Source: Somniosus microcephalus (taxonomy: Eukaryota). Taken from it: DNA of 64,000 nucleotides. The notes beneath the pieces are model-generated. The model ran no database searches. It saw nothing but the letters and a program-made list of their open reading frames with translations, and was not told where the DNA came from. Positions 24,960 to 38,055 of the stretch are shown here, piece after piece. The translations under genes were made by a program, and so were the position numbers. Location: positions 25,482,001 through 25,546,000 of the forward strand of contig JBMRGM010000042.1 of NCBI GenBank assembly GCA_052327205.1. Reading direction: 5' to 3'. Numbering within the stretch: position 1 is the stretch's first letter; every line of letters starts with the position of its first letter.

Positions 24960-25200
24960 TTGTAGGGGTGAGGCCATGGTGGGATTTGAACACAAGTAGG
25001 AGACTAAGAAGCTGGAGGTTTTGCCAGATCGGGAGCAAATGTAGGTCAGAGAACACATGGGTGATGTGTGAACGGGACATGACGCGTGTTAGGATATGGA
25101 CAGCAGTGTTTTGGATGAGCTCCAGTTTATGGATGATTGTAACTGAGAGGTCGGCCAGGAGAGCATTACAAATGCGGTTAATGCAGTGGAATATCTGAGA
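24960..25200 (-). mobile_element. L2 LINE fragment
   Basis: SRSHITHVFSDLHLLP on minus, homologous to 16600-16760. Confidence 0.65.
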
Positions 25201-25949
25201 CGCTGAGGAGACGGGGGATATTGTGGTGCTGGTGCTTCAGAGGATTACAGATCTAATTGCTGGATATAGAGACAAACATGGCAAAGATGAGAGAGTAAAT
25301 TACAAGAACAGTAATATAGTAAGCAAATGTTTGCAGAGTTAACAGTTGGATACAGAGACTTACCGGGAACAACAACAACAGCAAAGCGGGGAGAGTAAAT
25401 GAAAAGAACAGTAATGCAGTTAAACATTTTTAATACAATAGATGGATAGAAAGACTTACCAGGAACACCAACAGCAGCAATGAGCGGTTAGTAAAAGTGT
25501 TGAATAATCTTAAGTGCATAATAGATCCGGAAATCTAATGATTGTTATAATAAGATGCAGAAAGATAGTGAAACTCCCAGATGTAACTCCTCCGCGTTGT
25601 TGTAACATTCCAATCTATTGTTTTTAGATTCTGATCCATTGTTGTATCATTCCAATCTACTACTTTCATGTTCCGACTCCCTCTCTGTGCAGCGAAGTGC
25701 TGATCCCTGTTAGTGCCAGAGGTCAAGCACTCACTGTCACTGCGGGATAACACATTGAATGGAATCCCATATTAATAGTAGAGAGAAACCCTGCACTGAT
25801 GCAATTAGGGTCCATGGAGACTTACATGAAAAGCAATCACTGAACAAACAGCTTCAATTAACCCATGGAGACAGACATTAATTACAGTCAGTGAACAAAT
25901 TGCTTCAGTTAACTACTTTCAATCCAGCACGTTTTGAAGTACAGTAAAG

Positions 25950-28795
25950 TAGAACATTTCTGCAGTCCTAATGGGATTTATGAGGGTTGCTGTGGGAGAG
26001 AATGTTGCAAATAGCGCAGGATCTGGACAGAATCATTCAATCCTCCTTGGATATTGGACTGGTGCCAGAGGATTGTAGGGTTGCAAATGTAACACTTTGT
26101 TTTAAAAATTGGGAGAGCGCTAAATCCTGTAACTACAGGCCATTGAGGAAAACGAAGGTTGTGGGGAAACTTCTAGATGCCATATTCTCGGAGATAATTA
26201 TCTGCCTCTTGGATAAAACATGGATTAATAAGTGACAACCAGCATGGATAGGGTAACGGCAAAATGTGTCTGACAATCCTGGTTGAGTTTTTGATGAAGT
26301 AACGGAGAGTGCTGATGAGTGTAATATGGTTGACGTAGTGTAATAAACTCAATTAAATAAACTTGTTAGGACCTAAGGGGCAGTGGGATTGGAGATCAGA
26401 CATTGGCTAAGCGACAGAAAACAAAGAGGAGTGTGAATGGATGTTGTTCAGACTGGGAGAAATTATGCAGTGGTGTCGCCAAGGGGTAGCTATTCGGACC
26501 ACTGACCTTCTTGATAAATATTAATCATATAGTCTTATATATATGAAGGGTATAACTTGAAGTTTGTAGATGACCCGAAATTCGGAAATGTAGTAAACAC
26601 TGAGGGGGATAGTAGTAGGCTTCAGGAGGATATAGACCAGTAAAAATTGCAAAGTGATAAAAGGTGTCGTCGACAATGCTATTAAGTGGCATTAACTCAA
26701 CAATGAGCTGCTCACCGACGCAACGTTTGAGTTCCAAGAGGACCAACCAGCTGCAGACCTCATTACCACCTTGGTCTGCAGATGGAGAATGGAGCTGAAT
26801 TCCAGAGGTGAGACGAGAATAACTGCACTTGAAGTCTAGCCAGCATTTGACTGAGAGTGACATAAAAATGCCCCAGTAATATTGAAGTCAATAGTAATCA
26901 GGCAGAAAGCTCTCCACTGGCTCGAGCCATACCCAGCAAAAAGGAAGATGTTTGTGGTTGTTGAAGGTTAATCATCACAGCCACAGGGCAACGCTGCAGG
27001 AGTTCCTCAGGGTACTGTCCGTGGCCCAACCATCTTTAGCTGCTTCATCAATGAACTTCCCTCCATCATAAGGTCAGAATTCGGGATGTTCGCTTATGAT
27101 TGCATTATTCACACTCAATTCGCAACTCGTCAGATAATGAAGCTGTCCATGCCCTCATGCTGCAGGACCTGGACTACTTTCAGGCTTGGGCTGATAAGTG
27201 GCAAGTAATACTCGCACCACACAAGTGCCTGCCAAGGAGGATCTCCAACAAGAGCCACTTCCCTTTGACATTCAATGGCATTAACATCGTCAAATCCCCC
27301 ACCATCAATATCCTGAGGCTCAAAATTCACCAGAAGCTTAACTGGACCAACCACATATAAAATGTGGCTACAAGAGCTGGTCAGAACAGAATATTCTTCC
27401 ACGAGTATCTCACCTCCTGACAACCCATAACCTTTCCACTATCTACAAGGCACAAGTCAGGAGTGTGAAAGAATACTCTCCATTTGTCTGGATGAGTGCA
27501 GCTCCAACAACAGAGAAGAAGCTCGACATCATCCAGGACAAAGCAGCACGTTTGATTGGCACCCCATCCGCCACCTTAAACATTCACTCCCTCCACCACC
27601 ATAACGCCGTGGCTGCAGTGTGTACCATCTACAAGATGCACTGCAGCAACTCGCCAAGGCTTCTTAGCAGCATCTCCCAAACCCGCGACCTCTACCACCT
27701 AGAAGGACATGGGCATCAGGCACATGGAAACATCACCACCTCCACGTTCCTTTCCAGGTCACACACCTTCCTGAATTGGAAATATACCGCCGTTGCTTCA
27801 TCTTCACTGGGTCAACATCATGCAACTCTTTCCGTAACAGCCCTGTTGGACAATCTTCGCCTCACGGACTGCAGCAGTTAAAGAAGGCGGCTCAACTCTA
27901 CCTTCTCAACGGCAATTAGGGATGGGCAATAATTGCTGGCCGTGCCAGCCATGGCCACATCCCATGAATTAATAAAAATATAATAAAGGCAGGTGCAATT
28001 TAATGCAGCGTGGTGTGATGGTTAAATCTGTGGGGAACATGAGGAGAGGTAATACAAATTAACTGTGCAATTTTAAAGGGGTGCTGGAAAAGAGAGACCT
28101 GGGGCTTTATGTACACAAGCCTTTATAGATGGCAGGACAAGTTGATAAGATTGTTAAAAAGACAAATGCGATCATTAGCATTGTCAATAGAGGCAGAGTA
28201 CAAAAGCAAGGATGTTATGCTGAACGTTTATAAATCACTGGTTAGGCCCAGGCTGGAGTATTGTGTCCAATTTTTTGTAGCTTTAGGAAGGATGTCCGGG
28301 TCTTGGAGTGGGCACAGACGATAATTATTCGAATGGTTTCAAGCTTGAGGGACTTAATTTATGTGAAGAGACAAGAGAAGATGGAATTGCTCTCCAGAGA
28401 GCATGCAAGTTAAAAGGGAGATATACTGGCGATTCAAAATTATGACGGGTTTGATAGAGTAAATCAGCAGAATATGTTTCCACTGGCAGAAGGGTCGGTA
28501 ACCAAAAGACACAGATATAAGATAATTGTCAAATGAACCAGAGGGAAGATAAGGAGAATTTGTTCTACGCAGCGAGTTGTTAAGATCTGGAATGCACTGC
28601 CTGAAAAGGTGATAGAAGCAGATTCAATATTAGCTTTCAAAAGGAAACGGGATCAATACTGGAAGTGAGGGATTTACAGGACTTTGGGAAAAGAACAATG
28701 GAGTGGCACTAATTGAATAGATCTTTCAAAGTGCCGGCACCGACTCGATGCACAGAATGTCCTCCTTCTGTGCTGAATGATTCTGTGATTCTATG
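25950..28795 (+). mobile_element. Degenerate CR1 RT region interrupted by an L2-type LINE
   Basis: VANVTLCFK...NYRP at 26070-26140; KSLVRPRLEYCVQF at about 28230; CR1 tail near 28790. Confidence 0.75.
26660..27975 (+). mobile_element. L2/CR1-superfamily LINE, 5'-truncated
   Basis: GVPQG motif, QAWADKWQV, EYSPFVWMSAAPTT...IQDKAARLIG, family tail. Confidence 0.88.
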
Positions 28796-29037
28796 ATAAC
28801 AGAAGCCATTGAGTCCTTGTCTCATGTGTAGAATCGACGTTCTGCAGTTTTTGAGCCAGATTCCATTCGTTACTTGTAATCTGATAAACATGACAGAGGA
28901 AATGCAAACACAATGTGCTGGTGAGACAAGGTGAGTTGAGAAATTTATAATAGAGTTTAAGAAAACTGAAATCATTACATAATTACGAGATGAAAAATAG
29001 GTCATAAATAAACCCAATAAGGAATTCAGGAGAAACT

Positions 29038-29919
29038 TATAGGAATGGCTGATATTTAAATATGTTTCGTAGATGAGAATCATACATGTATAACGTCAAG
29101 TGTAGCAATTGACCAAGTAATATTACCCAAAATTACTCCTTGGTAATGAGAAAGCTAAGACCTGTTCAAAATGCAGCTGCGAAGGACAGTCAATAGCAGC
29201 TTTGATAATAAACAGCCACAGACTGCGAGTGAAGGTTAAAGTGTTAAAAAAAACATAATATGATGCAAAGTGGAAATTAGAATTCGCTTAACAAAACTAA
29301 TTGCAACGACATATAAAAAAAAATTAGTATAAGGACATCAAATGAGAGAGATCATGGAGATAAGGTATTTATCTGGTCGATTAAAGTGAGGTACTTTGGA
29401 TATCTCAAGACTGGTGAAACAGCGCTGATATGGGCCCTTGATATATAAAGGCCTGGTACCAGGGAAGCTAGGCATGAAAGAGATACAGTAAATTCCAATG
29501 GGTTGTAAAACTATGAACAAGATAACACTGAACATGGCAAAGTTGGTGGAAAAATATTGGTGAGGCATGATGCTTGCCAATGGTATTTTGACTATTACAA
29601 CCAATTAAAGACGGTGTGCTTTTTAAAAACCATATATGGGCACTGGCCAAACCAACTTTTGATAAAAGGGTTAAAACCTCGATGTTCAAAGAAAAACTTT
29701 ACACAGATCTACTGTGAGGACAAAGGAAGACTTATGAAGACGTCATCTGTGTCTGAGAAGTTCCAGAGAGCAAGGGCTGTGAGCTACGCATTAAAACTAT
29801 CACCTGCTGTTAAGTATATTATGCAGTATGCGTAATAAATTTTGATCTATTGCTCCAACATACTGGCTGCTGCCTATTGGTTTCTTGTCCAAGAACTCAG
29901 AGATCATTATGATCTTACA
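29038..29919 (+). repeat. 5' LTR of the ERV-like element
   Basis: TATAGGAATGGCTGA...GATCTTACA; TATATAAA near 29443 and AATAAA near 29834. Confidence 0.8.
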
Positions 29920-29922
29920 AAT

Positions 29923-29942
29923 TGGCACACTCGAGATGGGAC
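29923..29942 (+). other. Primer-binding site, tRNA-Arg-like
   Basis: TGGCACACTCGAGATGGGAC 3 nt after the LTR end; resembles TGGCACCCCAGATGGGAC. Confidence 0.65.
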
Positions 29943-32900
29943 AAAACAAAGCAACTAGTATTGTGTATATGATCGGACCTCGAAAGTAGCTCCTGACCAG
30001 CTGCTGCTCTTGAGGAGGGAATGGGGAGTGCCCTTGAATTGCGTGCCGATAGTTATTGATGCAAGGAGTCTGTTAGGAAAATCACCAAATGGCTAATAAA
30101 TGTTTTGTAAATTACTATAAGAGTAAGTTGGACAGAGGCGCCTGTGCGGAGGACATGCAGCTATTACTGATGGAACATTTAATCAAAAGTGAGCGAGTCC
30201 TCTTTGAAGAAGTTATAAACTTTATTCCAGAACATGTGAATCAGAAAAAAACATAATGAGTTATGAGAGAAACATAGCCAGGTGGTAAAGCATAAAATGC
30301 AGGTGAGCGAGGGAGAGATAGAGAAGGACAACGACCGAATTTGCAGGCTACCTAATCTGAAAACTCAGCAAAGGAAGGGAAAAACAGTGATTTGGAAAGC
30401 CAGGAAAAGCTGCTGAGATGCTCATTTAAAAAGGGGAAAGAAAAAGAGAAATATAAAGTTTTATCGACATGGAAGTTATTAATGTCTGTGCCGAGACAAA
30501 TACAATGCAAGATTTGCTGTTGAATGGAACATTAATGAATGCTGGAATTTCAGTTTGTATGAAAGTGTGTGTTAAAGTGAGAAAGTTTTCCTGACTATTA
30601 ATGTTAAAGAAGTTACCGTATTTCTTTTGTCTGAAAAGTCTGTCTTGAAAAGAAAGATTCTGCTATGTGAGTTTTAGCTCCATCCACTTCTCTGTGTTTT
30701 GTCTTGTCTTGAATTTTGGATGTTCTAAGAAGGTGCAAATAAGATTGTGTCCCAAGAATTGGGAAAACGACATTGAATGACAATTTATGTTAAGCTGGTG
30801 TGGAAAAACTGAGAACAATAAAAAGTTTGTTCTACAAAAGATTACGTCTCCGTCTAAGACTTAACCTTGGAGTCGCGATTGCTATGGTGAAGTCTTCTAA
30901 AGCAGTTTGAATTGATTTGTTTAAATGTGAAAAACTATTTTTTCTCCAGCTATATTCAATGTTTTTACAGTATTTTAGAAAGGCATCTGAAGAAAGGACA
31001 ATATGAAATATGACATAAATTACTGTTTTCTGCAAGCATGTGCTATTTAGTTTTGTTTTATCTGTTCTGTTCATGTTTAGTTAAAGTGTGAAAACAGATC
31101 TGTCTTTTTTGATCGGGAAAGTTTTTTTAAGTTGCTTGAAGTGATGCAATTGTGTGCGTCTGACAATGTTTCGCACCACCTTCTTAAAATCCTGCAAAGG
31201 AGTTACCCCTTTCCAGTGACAGCTGTTTAAGTTCACCAAGCAACAACTTTAGCATGAAATTTAAAGATATTCGACATTAAGTTTCTTGATTTTAAGTTAA
31301 TAGTTCCCCACAGAGACAGAAGGAAAATTATGATTTGATAAAGTAACCCTTTGGGCTCTGAGCAGTCACAATGGTTTATCTTTTTTCTTTTCTTATATGG
31401 AAGTTACCTTGTTAACTAATTGCAGAACTTCTGTCTCTAATGAGAAAACACTGTGTAAGCCACCTAGCCACTGGTTTCTGAAATTGGAAATGGATGATAA
31501 ATTGATAGAAATGAAATTGAACACTGAGAAAATCTGTCAGTTCAACAACTGTTTGGATATTTGGATAATTTTGAAATAACAAAATTGACTCAGGCACTAT
31601 ATATTGGGTAACTTTTAGGAAAATAAAATAGCCTCTAATATAATGATAATAAAAAGGGTTAATAAGTTGGACCAAGTGAGAATGTTTGATCTATGTTTTC
31701 AATCTTAAATATCGGACAGTAAAGTTCCTCCAGGAATCATGTAAGAGAAGGTAGCGGTAATTAATGTTATATGGAAAATGGAGAGAGGAAGTGAATGAGA
31801 GTGTGAGATAGAAACAGGAAAGTTACACCACCAATTGGAAATTTTCCACACTTTCTAGTGTAAGTCAGGATAGTGCAGTTCAGAACAGTAACTTGATAGC
31901 TTTCTGTTGGAGACACTTGTGCCCTTGCCTGTAATGAACTTTTTAAGAAAACTGAAATTGCTAGCCTGGCCACTATCCAAGACATCGGACCATTCGGTGG
32001 AAGATAAACAAAGACCTCCAGTCAATGTTTTGATAAGATTACCTGAAAGCCCGAGAAAAAATTGTATCAGATGGCACGTGTGGCATAATATGAAGATACC
32101 GATATGAGTTTGCAAATGTGATTTGTTACGTATGAAGCAATTACCATCTGCATATGTATGTTGAATTTGCACTGAAGAACGGGTCTCAGACATGCTCAGT
32201 TACTTGAGAACAGCAAAACATGAAGTAGTTAATGTGATTCAGGAGAGTAAGACAACTTTTAAAGCATTGACACATACTCCAGCGAGAAATATTTAATTAA
32301 TGGAACCATCAGGATAGAGTTAAACATACTGGTACTTGTTAGATGGATTGAAATTGGATTTGAAGTGGAGAGTTACATGGAATTTGGATTTGGACAATTG
32401 AGGGCTAAGGAGAAATAATATTTAGTAAGAATTATCCACAAGATGGATACGAGTAAAAGAGTATATTTAAAGTCCATGATTTGTTGATTAAATGTTAAAC
32501 TCTAATGATGCTTGAAATGATTGTAAGACTGAATTTAACTGTAACTGTAATGATTTTGTTTTGTATGTAACAGAGCGTGGGAAAAAACAGTAGGAATCCA
32601 ATATGAGGTGGATTTGGTGGTGCCTCCTGGGTCACTACTACTGCATCTACCATGTTTTACGGGTAAAGGACCTGTCCCATCAACCAAAAAGTTTTAAAGT
32701 ATGAGCTGCACAATTATGTGGCACAATTCGGATATTACATTCTCCTGTTGACTGAGGGTTTCAGGGAGCTTGTGTACGACTGAACTCCTCCCTAAAGCAT
32801 TTATATATTTTGTAGCAAGACAGCATGGGAATGGATATCGAAATTTTCAGCATAGTGGATAACTCACACTGGTTGAATATTGGGCTTTATACATCAGCAC

Positions 32901-32970
32901 ACCCTTAGTTTCATATTATTTCACACGCTCTGGTAGTTCCCCAAATTGTAATGATAGTGTATTTGATATA

Positions 32971-33473
32971 TGTAACGTGTGTAGCAAGACTTCGATACAT
33001 AATCCATTTGGGTACTCATGCCCATGACTAACTAGCAATAACAAATTAATTGAGCACAACGAAAGAGAAGATCCGAAGCAACGTAGAGGAGAGCCCAGGC
33101 GGGGTAACATCAGGTTAGATAGAAGAAGCAGCGGATATCCCAGGCGGGGCAGAATTGCAACACCGGAACAGTGAATTGAATTTATGTAAGGACTCAGATC
33201 AGGGCCATTAATGCCAGATTGTATGATGCAGCAATAGGAGCAGCAGGCAGAGGAGAAAGCATCGACTGGGGCACACTAGAAGGCAAGACATATCAGCACG
33301 GCCGACATGATGTTTGAGGAGACCCCGGGGTGTCCTCCATCCCTGAGGTTAGGCGGTTGCCGGCCCCTGTGAATGTCATAAGTAGCACCCAGTCCTATAA
33401 TGAAAAGGTAATAAAACCTCATTTGAGAAGCTCTCCGTTCCCCTCAATTAGAGGTCTCCGATTTGCAGCAACA
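32971..33473 (+). mobile_element. Possible solo LTR inserted in the ERV-like body
   Basis: More GC-rich than its flanks, starts TGTA, AATAAA near 33410, ends GCAACA; no TSD seen. Confidence 0.4.
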
Positions 33474-33543
33474 CTAGTCAGAGAATAGATTGAAGTAGTT
33501 AAGGAATCAATGTTTAAAACATTTCATCCTCGAGGTGCGGACT

Positions 33544-34426
33544 TGTAAGAAAGGCTGATATTGAAATATATTTAGTAGACGAGAATCAAATATGTATGAC
33601 TTCAAGTGTAGCCACTGACAAAGTAATATTACCCATAATTACTCCTGAGTAACTGAAAAAGCTAAGACTTGTTCAAAATGTATCTGCACGGTCAAAAGCA
33701 GTTTTGACTAAGTTTTGATAACAAACAACCACAGACCTCGAGTGAAGGTTAAATAACATATTACGATGCTGTGTAGAAATTGGAATTAGCTTAACAAAAG
33801 TAATTGCAACGATGTTTAAAAAATAATTAATTTAAGGACATAAAATGAGAGAGATCATGGAGGTAAGGTATTTATCTTGTCGATTAAAGTGAGATAGTTT
33901 GGATACATCAAGACTAGTGAATGTGCCCTTGGTATAGAAAGGCCTTGTACTGCTTGAAGCTAGAAATGAAAGAGATAAAAGTTAATTCGAATGGGGTAAT
34001 AAACAATAAACAAGATAAAACTGAACATGGCAAAGTTGGTGAAAAAATACTGGAAAGCAGGATACTTCCTTAGTCTGAGTGACAATGCTATTTTGACCAT
34101 TAGAACCAATTAAAAAAGGTGATTTTGTTAAAGACCATATATGGACACCGGCCAAACAAACTTTTGATAAGAAAAAGGTTATAACCTCGGTATTAAAGAA
34201 CAACTTCACACAGATCTACTGCGAGGACAAAGGAACAGATTTAACACGACGTCTTCTGTGTCCGAGAGGTTCCAGAGACCTAGGGCTGGAGCTATTCCTT
34301 AAAACTATCACCTAATATTAAATATATTACGCTGTATGCTTAATACATCTTGATGTATTACTCAAACATACTGGCTGCTGCCTATTGGTGTTTGCCCAAG
34401 TACACAGAGTTCATTAAGATCTTACA
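33544..34426 (+). repeat. 3' LTR of the ERV-like element
   Basis: Perfect 7-bp terminal inverted repeat TGTAAGA...TCTTACA; colinear with 29038-29919. Confidence 0.85.
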
Positions 34427-37400
34427 TTATGGATTTTCATTATTAAATGCCACCGTTAAAGAAGAGAGCTCCATCCCGGAGTGCAGTATAGCAGTCGTGA
34501 GAGGACACTCTAACATTTGTAATTTAATTACTGAATGAACAAAGTTAAAGAGGACAGCCCCATCCCAGAGTTCATCAGAACCGCACTGAGTAGCCAATCT
34601 ATCATTTGGAATTTAATTACTGCGTGGTCACAGTTAAAGTGTACAGCCCCATCCCAGAGTGCAGTAGAGCAGTCGTGAGAGGACACTCAAACATTTGTAA
34701 TCTAATTACTGAATGGTCACTATTAATGAGGAGAACCACATCCCTGAGAGCAGCAGAACAGCACTGAAAAGGCACTCTAACATTTGGAATTTAATTACTG
34801 AATGGTCAGAGTTAATTATGACAGCCATATCCCAGAATGCAGTAGAGAAACCCGGAGAGGGCTTGCAACAGTTGGAATTGAATTACTGAATGCCCACTGT
34901 TCAAGAGGACACCCTCTCCCAGAGTGCAGTAGAGCAGCCTAGAGATGGCATTGCAACAATTGGAATTTAATTAACGAATAGCTATATTTATAGGAGACAG
35001 CGCCATTCTAGAGTCCAGCAGAGCAGCCCAGAGAGGGCATTGCAACAATTGGAATTTAATTATTGAATGGCCATGATTAAAGGAGACAGCGCCATTCTAG
35101 AGTCCAATAGAGAAGCCCAGAGAGGGAATTGCAACAATTGGAATTTAATTACTAATGGCCATGTTTAAAGGAGACAGCACCATTCTAGAGTCCAGTAGAG
35201 CAGCCCAGAGAGGGCATTGCAACAATTGGAATTTAATTACGAAATGGCCATGTTTAAAGGAGAGAGCGACATTCAAGAGTCCAGTAGAGCAGCCTAGAGA
35301 GGGCCCCCTAACAAATGTAATTAATTTACTGAATGAACACAGTTAAAGCGGGCTGCCACATCCCAGAGAGCAGCGGAACAGCACTGAGAAGGCAATCTAA
35401 CATTTGGTCTTTAATTTATGAATGGTCACAGAAGAAGAGGGCAGCCATATCCCAGAGTATAGTAGAAAAGCCCTGAAAGGTCTTTGTAACATTTGGAATT
35501 TAATTACTGAGTGACTACAGTTAAATAGGAGAGCTCCATCCCAGAGAGCAGGAGAGCAGCCCTGAGGGGACATTCTAACACTTGGAATTTAATTAATAAA
35601 TGGACACAGTTAAAGAGGACAGCCACATCACAGAGTGCAGTAGAGCGGTCCTGAAGGGTCATTGTAACACTTGGAATTTAATTAATAAATGGACACAGTT
35701 AAAGAGGACAACCACATCCCAGAGTGCAGTAGAGTGGTCCTGAGGGGACATTGTAACAAATGGAACTTAATTACTGAATGGTCACATTTAAAGAAGACAT
35801 TCCCATCCCAGAGAGCAGTAGAAAAGCCCTGAGCAGACACTCTAAGATTTGGAATTGTATTACTGAATACACACAGTAAAGAGGAGAGCCCAATCCCAGA
35901 GTGCAGTAGAGCAGAATTGAGAGGACATTCTGACATTTGGAATGTACTTGCTGAATGGCCACAGTTAAAGAGAACAGCCCCATCCCACAGTGCAGTGGAG
36001 AAATCCTGAAAAAGTCATTTAACATTTGGAATTTAATTACTGACTGTTCACATTTAAACTGGAGAGCCCCATCCAAGAAAGCAGTAGAGCAGTTATGAGA
36101 GGACACTCTAACATTAGGAATTTAATTATTGAATGACTACAGTTAAGTAGGAGAGTTCCATTCCGTAGAGCAGAAGAGCATCCATGAGAATGCACTCTAA
36201 CATTTGGAATTTAATTACTGAATTGCCACAGTTAAAAAGGAGAGCTCCATCCCAAAGTGCACTAGACCAGTAGTGAGAGGATATTCTAACATTTGGAATT
36301 TTATTTCTAAATGGCCACAGTTCAATAGGAAATCCCCAACCCGGAGTGAATTAGCGCTGTCTTGCGAGGGCACTCTGACAATTACAGTTTAATTACTGAA
36401 TGGCCACAGTTAAAGAGGACAGTCACATTCCAGAGTGTGGAAGTGCCACCGTGAGTAGGCACTCTAACTTTTGGAATTTAATTAATAAATGCACACATTT
36501 AAAGAGGGCAGCCACATCCCAGAGTGCAGTGGAGCGGGCCCAAGAGGAGATGCGAACATTTGGAATTTAAATAATAAATGGCCACAGTTAAGGAGGGCAG
36601 CCCCATCCAAGTGTTCGGTAGAGCAGCTGTGAGTGGACATTCTAACATTTGGTATTTAATAAAGAAATGGAAACAGTTAAAGAGGACAGCCATATCCCAG
36701 AGTGCAGTAGAGCAATCCTGAGAGAACATTCGAACATTTGGAATTTAATTACGGAATGGCCACAGTTAAAGAGGACAGCCCTATCCAAGAGTGCAGTACA
36801 GCAGTCCTGAGAGGTCATTCTAAAACTTGGCATTTAAATAATGAATGGCCGCAGTTAAACAGGACAGCTCCATCCCAGAGTCCAGGAGAGCAGCCTGGAG
36901 AGGTCACAAAAGCATTTGCAATTAAATTACTGAATGGCCACAGCTAAAGAGGACAGCCAGACCCCAGATTGCATTAGAGCATCCCTGAGTAGACATTATA
37001 ACATTCGGAGTTTTATTACTGAATGTTCACAACTAAAGAGGAGAGACCCATCCCAGAGTGCAGTAGAATAGTCTTGAGAGGACAACCTAGCATTTGGAAA
37101 GTACTTACTGAATGGCTTCAATTGAAGAGAGCGGCCCCAACTTAGAATACAGAAGAGCAGCCCTGACAGGGCATTCTAATATTTGGAAATGTATTACTGA
37201 ATGTTCACAGCTAAGGAGGACAATCGCATCCCAGAGTACAACAGGGCAGCCCTGAAAGGGCATTCTAACATTTGGAAAATGTATTACTGAATGTTCACAG
37301 TTAAAGAGGACAATTCCATCCCAGAGTACAGCAGAACAGTCCTGAGCAGACACTCTAACATGTGGAATTTAATTACTGAATGTTCACAGTTGAAGTGGAG

Positions 37401-38055
37401 AGCCCCATCCAAGAGAGCAGTAGAGCAGTTGTGATAGGACACTATAACAATCGGAATTTAATTATTGAATGGCCAAAATTAACGAGGACATCCCCATCCC
37501 AGAGAGCAGTAGAGCAGTCATGAGAGGATAATCTAACATTTGGAATTTAATTACTAAATGGCCACATTTCAAAAGGAAATCCCAACCCAGTGTGGGCTAG
37601 AGCATTCTTGGGAGAACACCCTGAAATTTACAATTTAATTACTGAATGGCCAGAGTTAAAAATGACAGTCACATCCCAGTGTGAATTAGAGCAGCACTGA
37701 GATGGCAATCTAATATTTGGAATTTAATTACTGAATGGCCGCTGTTAAAGAGGACAGTCCCATCCAAGAGAGCATTAGAGCAGTCGTGAAAGGGCATTCT
37801 AACATTTGGAAATTGATTAATGAATTTTCACAGTAAAAGAGGAGAGCCCCATCCCAGAGTGCAGTAGAGCGGTCCTGAGAGGACACACTATCATTAGGAA
37901 AGTGCTAACTGAATGGCCACATTTAATGAGAAGAGTCCCACCCCAGAGTGCTGTAGAGAATCCCTGAGCGGTCATTGTAACATTTGGAATTTAATTACTG
38001 AATGTTCACAGTTAAGGAGGACATTCCCTTTCCAGAGTGCAGCAGAGCAGTCAAG
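34427..38055. repeat. 89-bp satellite, about 40 diverged copies
   Basis: Consensus CATTTGGAATTTAATTACTGAATGGCCACAGTTAAAGAGGACAGCCCCATCCCAGAGTGCAGTAGAGCAGTCCTGAGAGGACACTCTAA; period 89 (34514, 34603, 34692). Confidence 0.97.

Larger units (their letters stand above)
29038..34426 (+). mobile_element. Old ERV-like LTR element with decayed, internally deleted body
   Basis: Two diverged direct repeats of about 880 bp, a PBS after the first, faint gag-matrix (MGS..., DGTFN) and integrase C-terminal-like remnants. Confidence 0.8.

Noticed and set aside
34427-38055. 89-bp array as a CRISPR-like repeat-spacer system
   Set aside because: The whole unit is repeated with scattered substitutions; there are no unique spacers, no cas genes, and the context is eukaryotic
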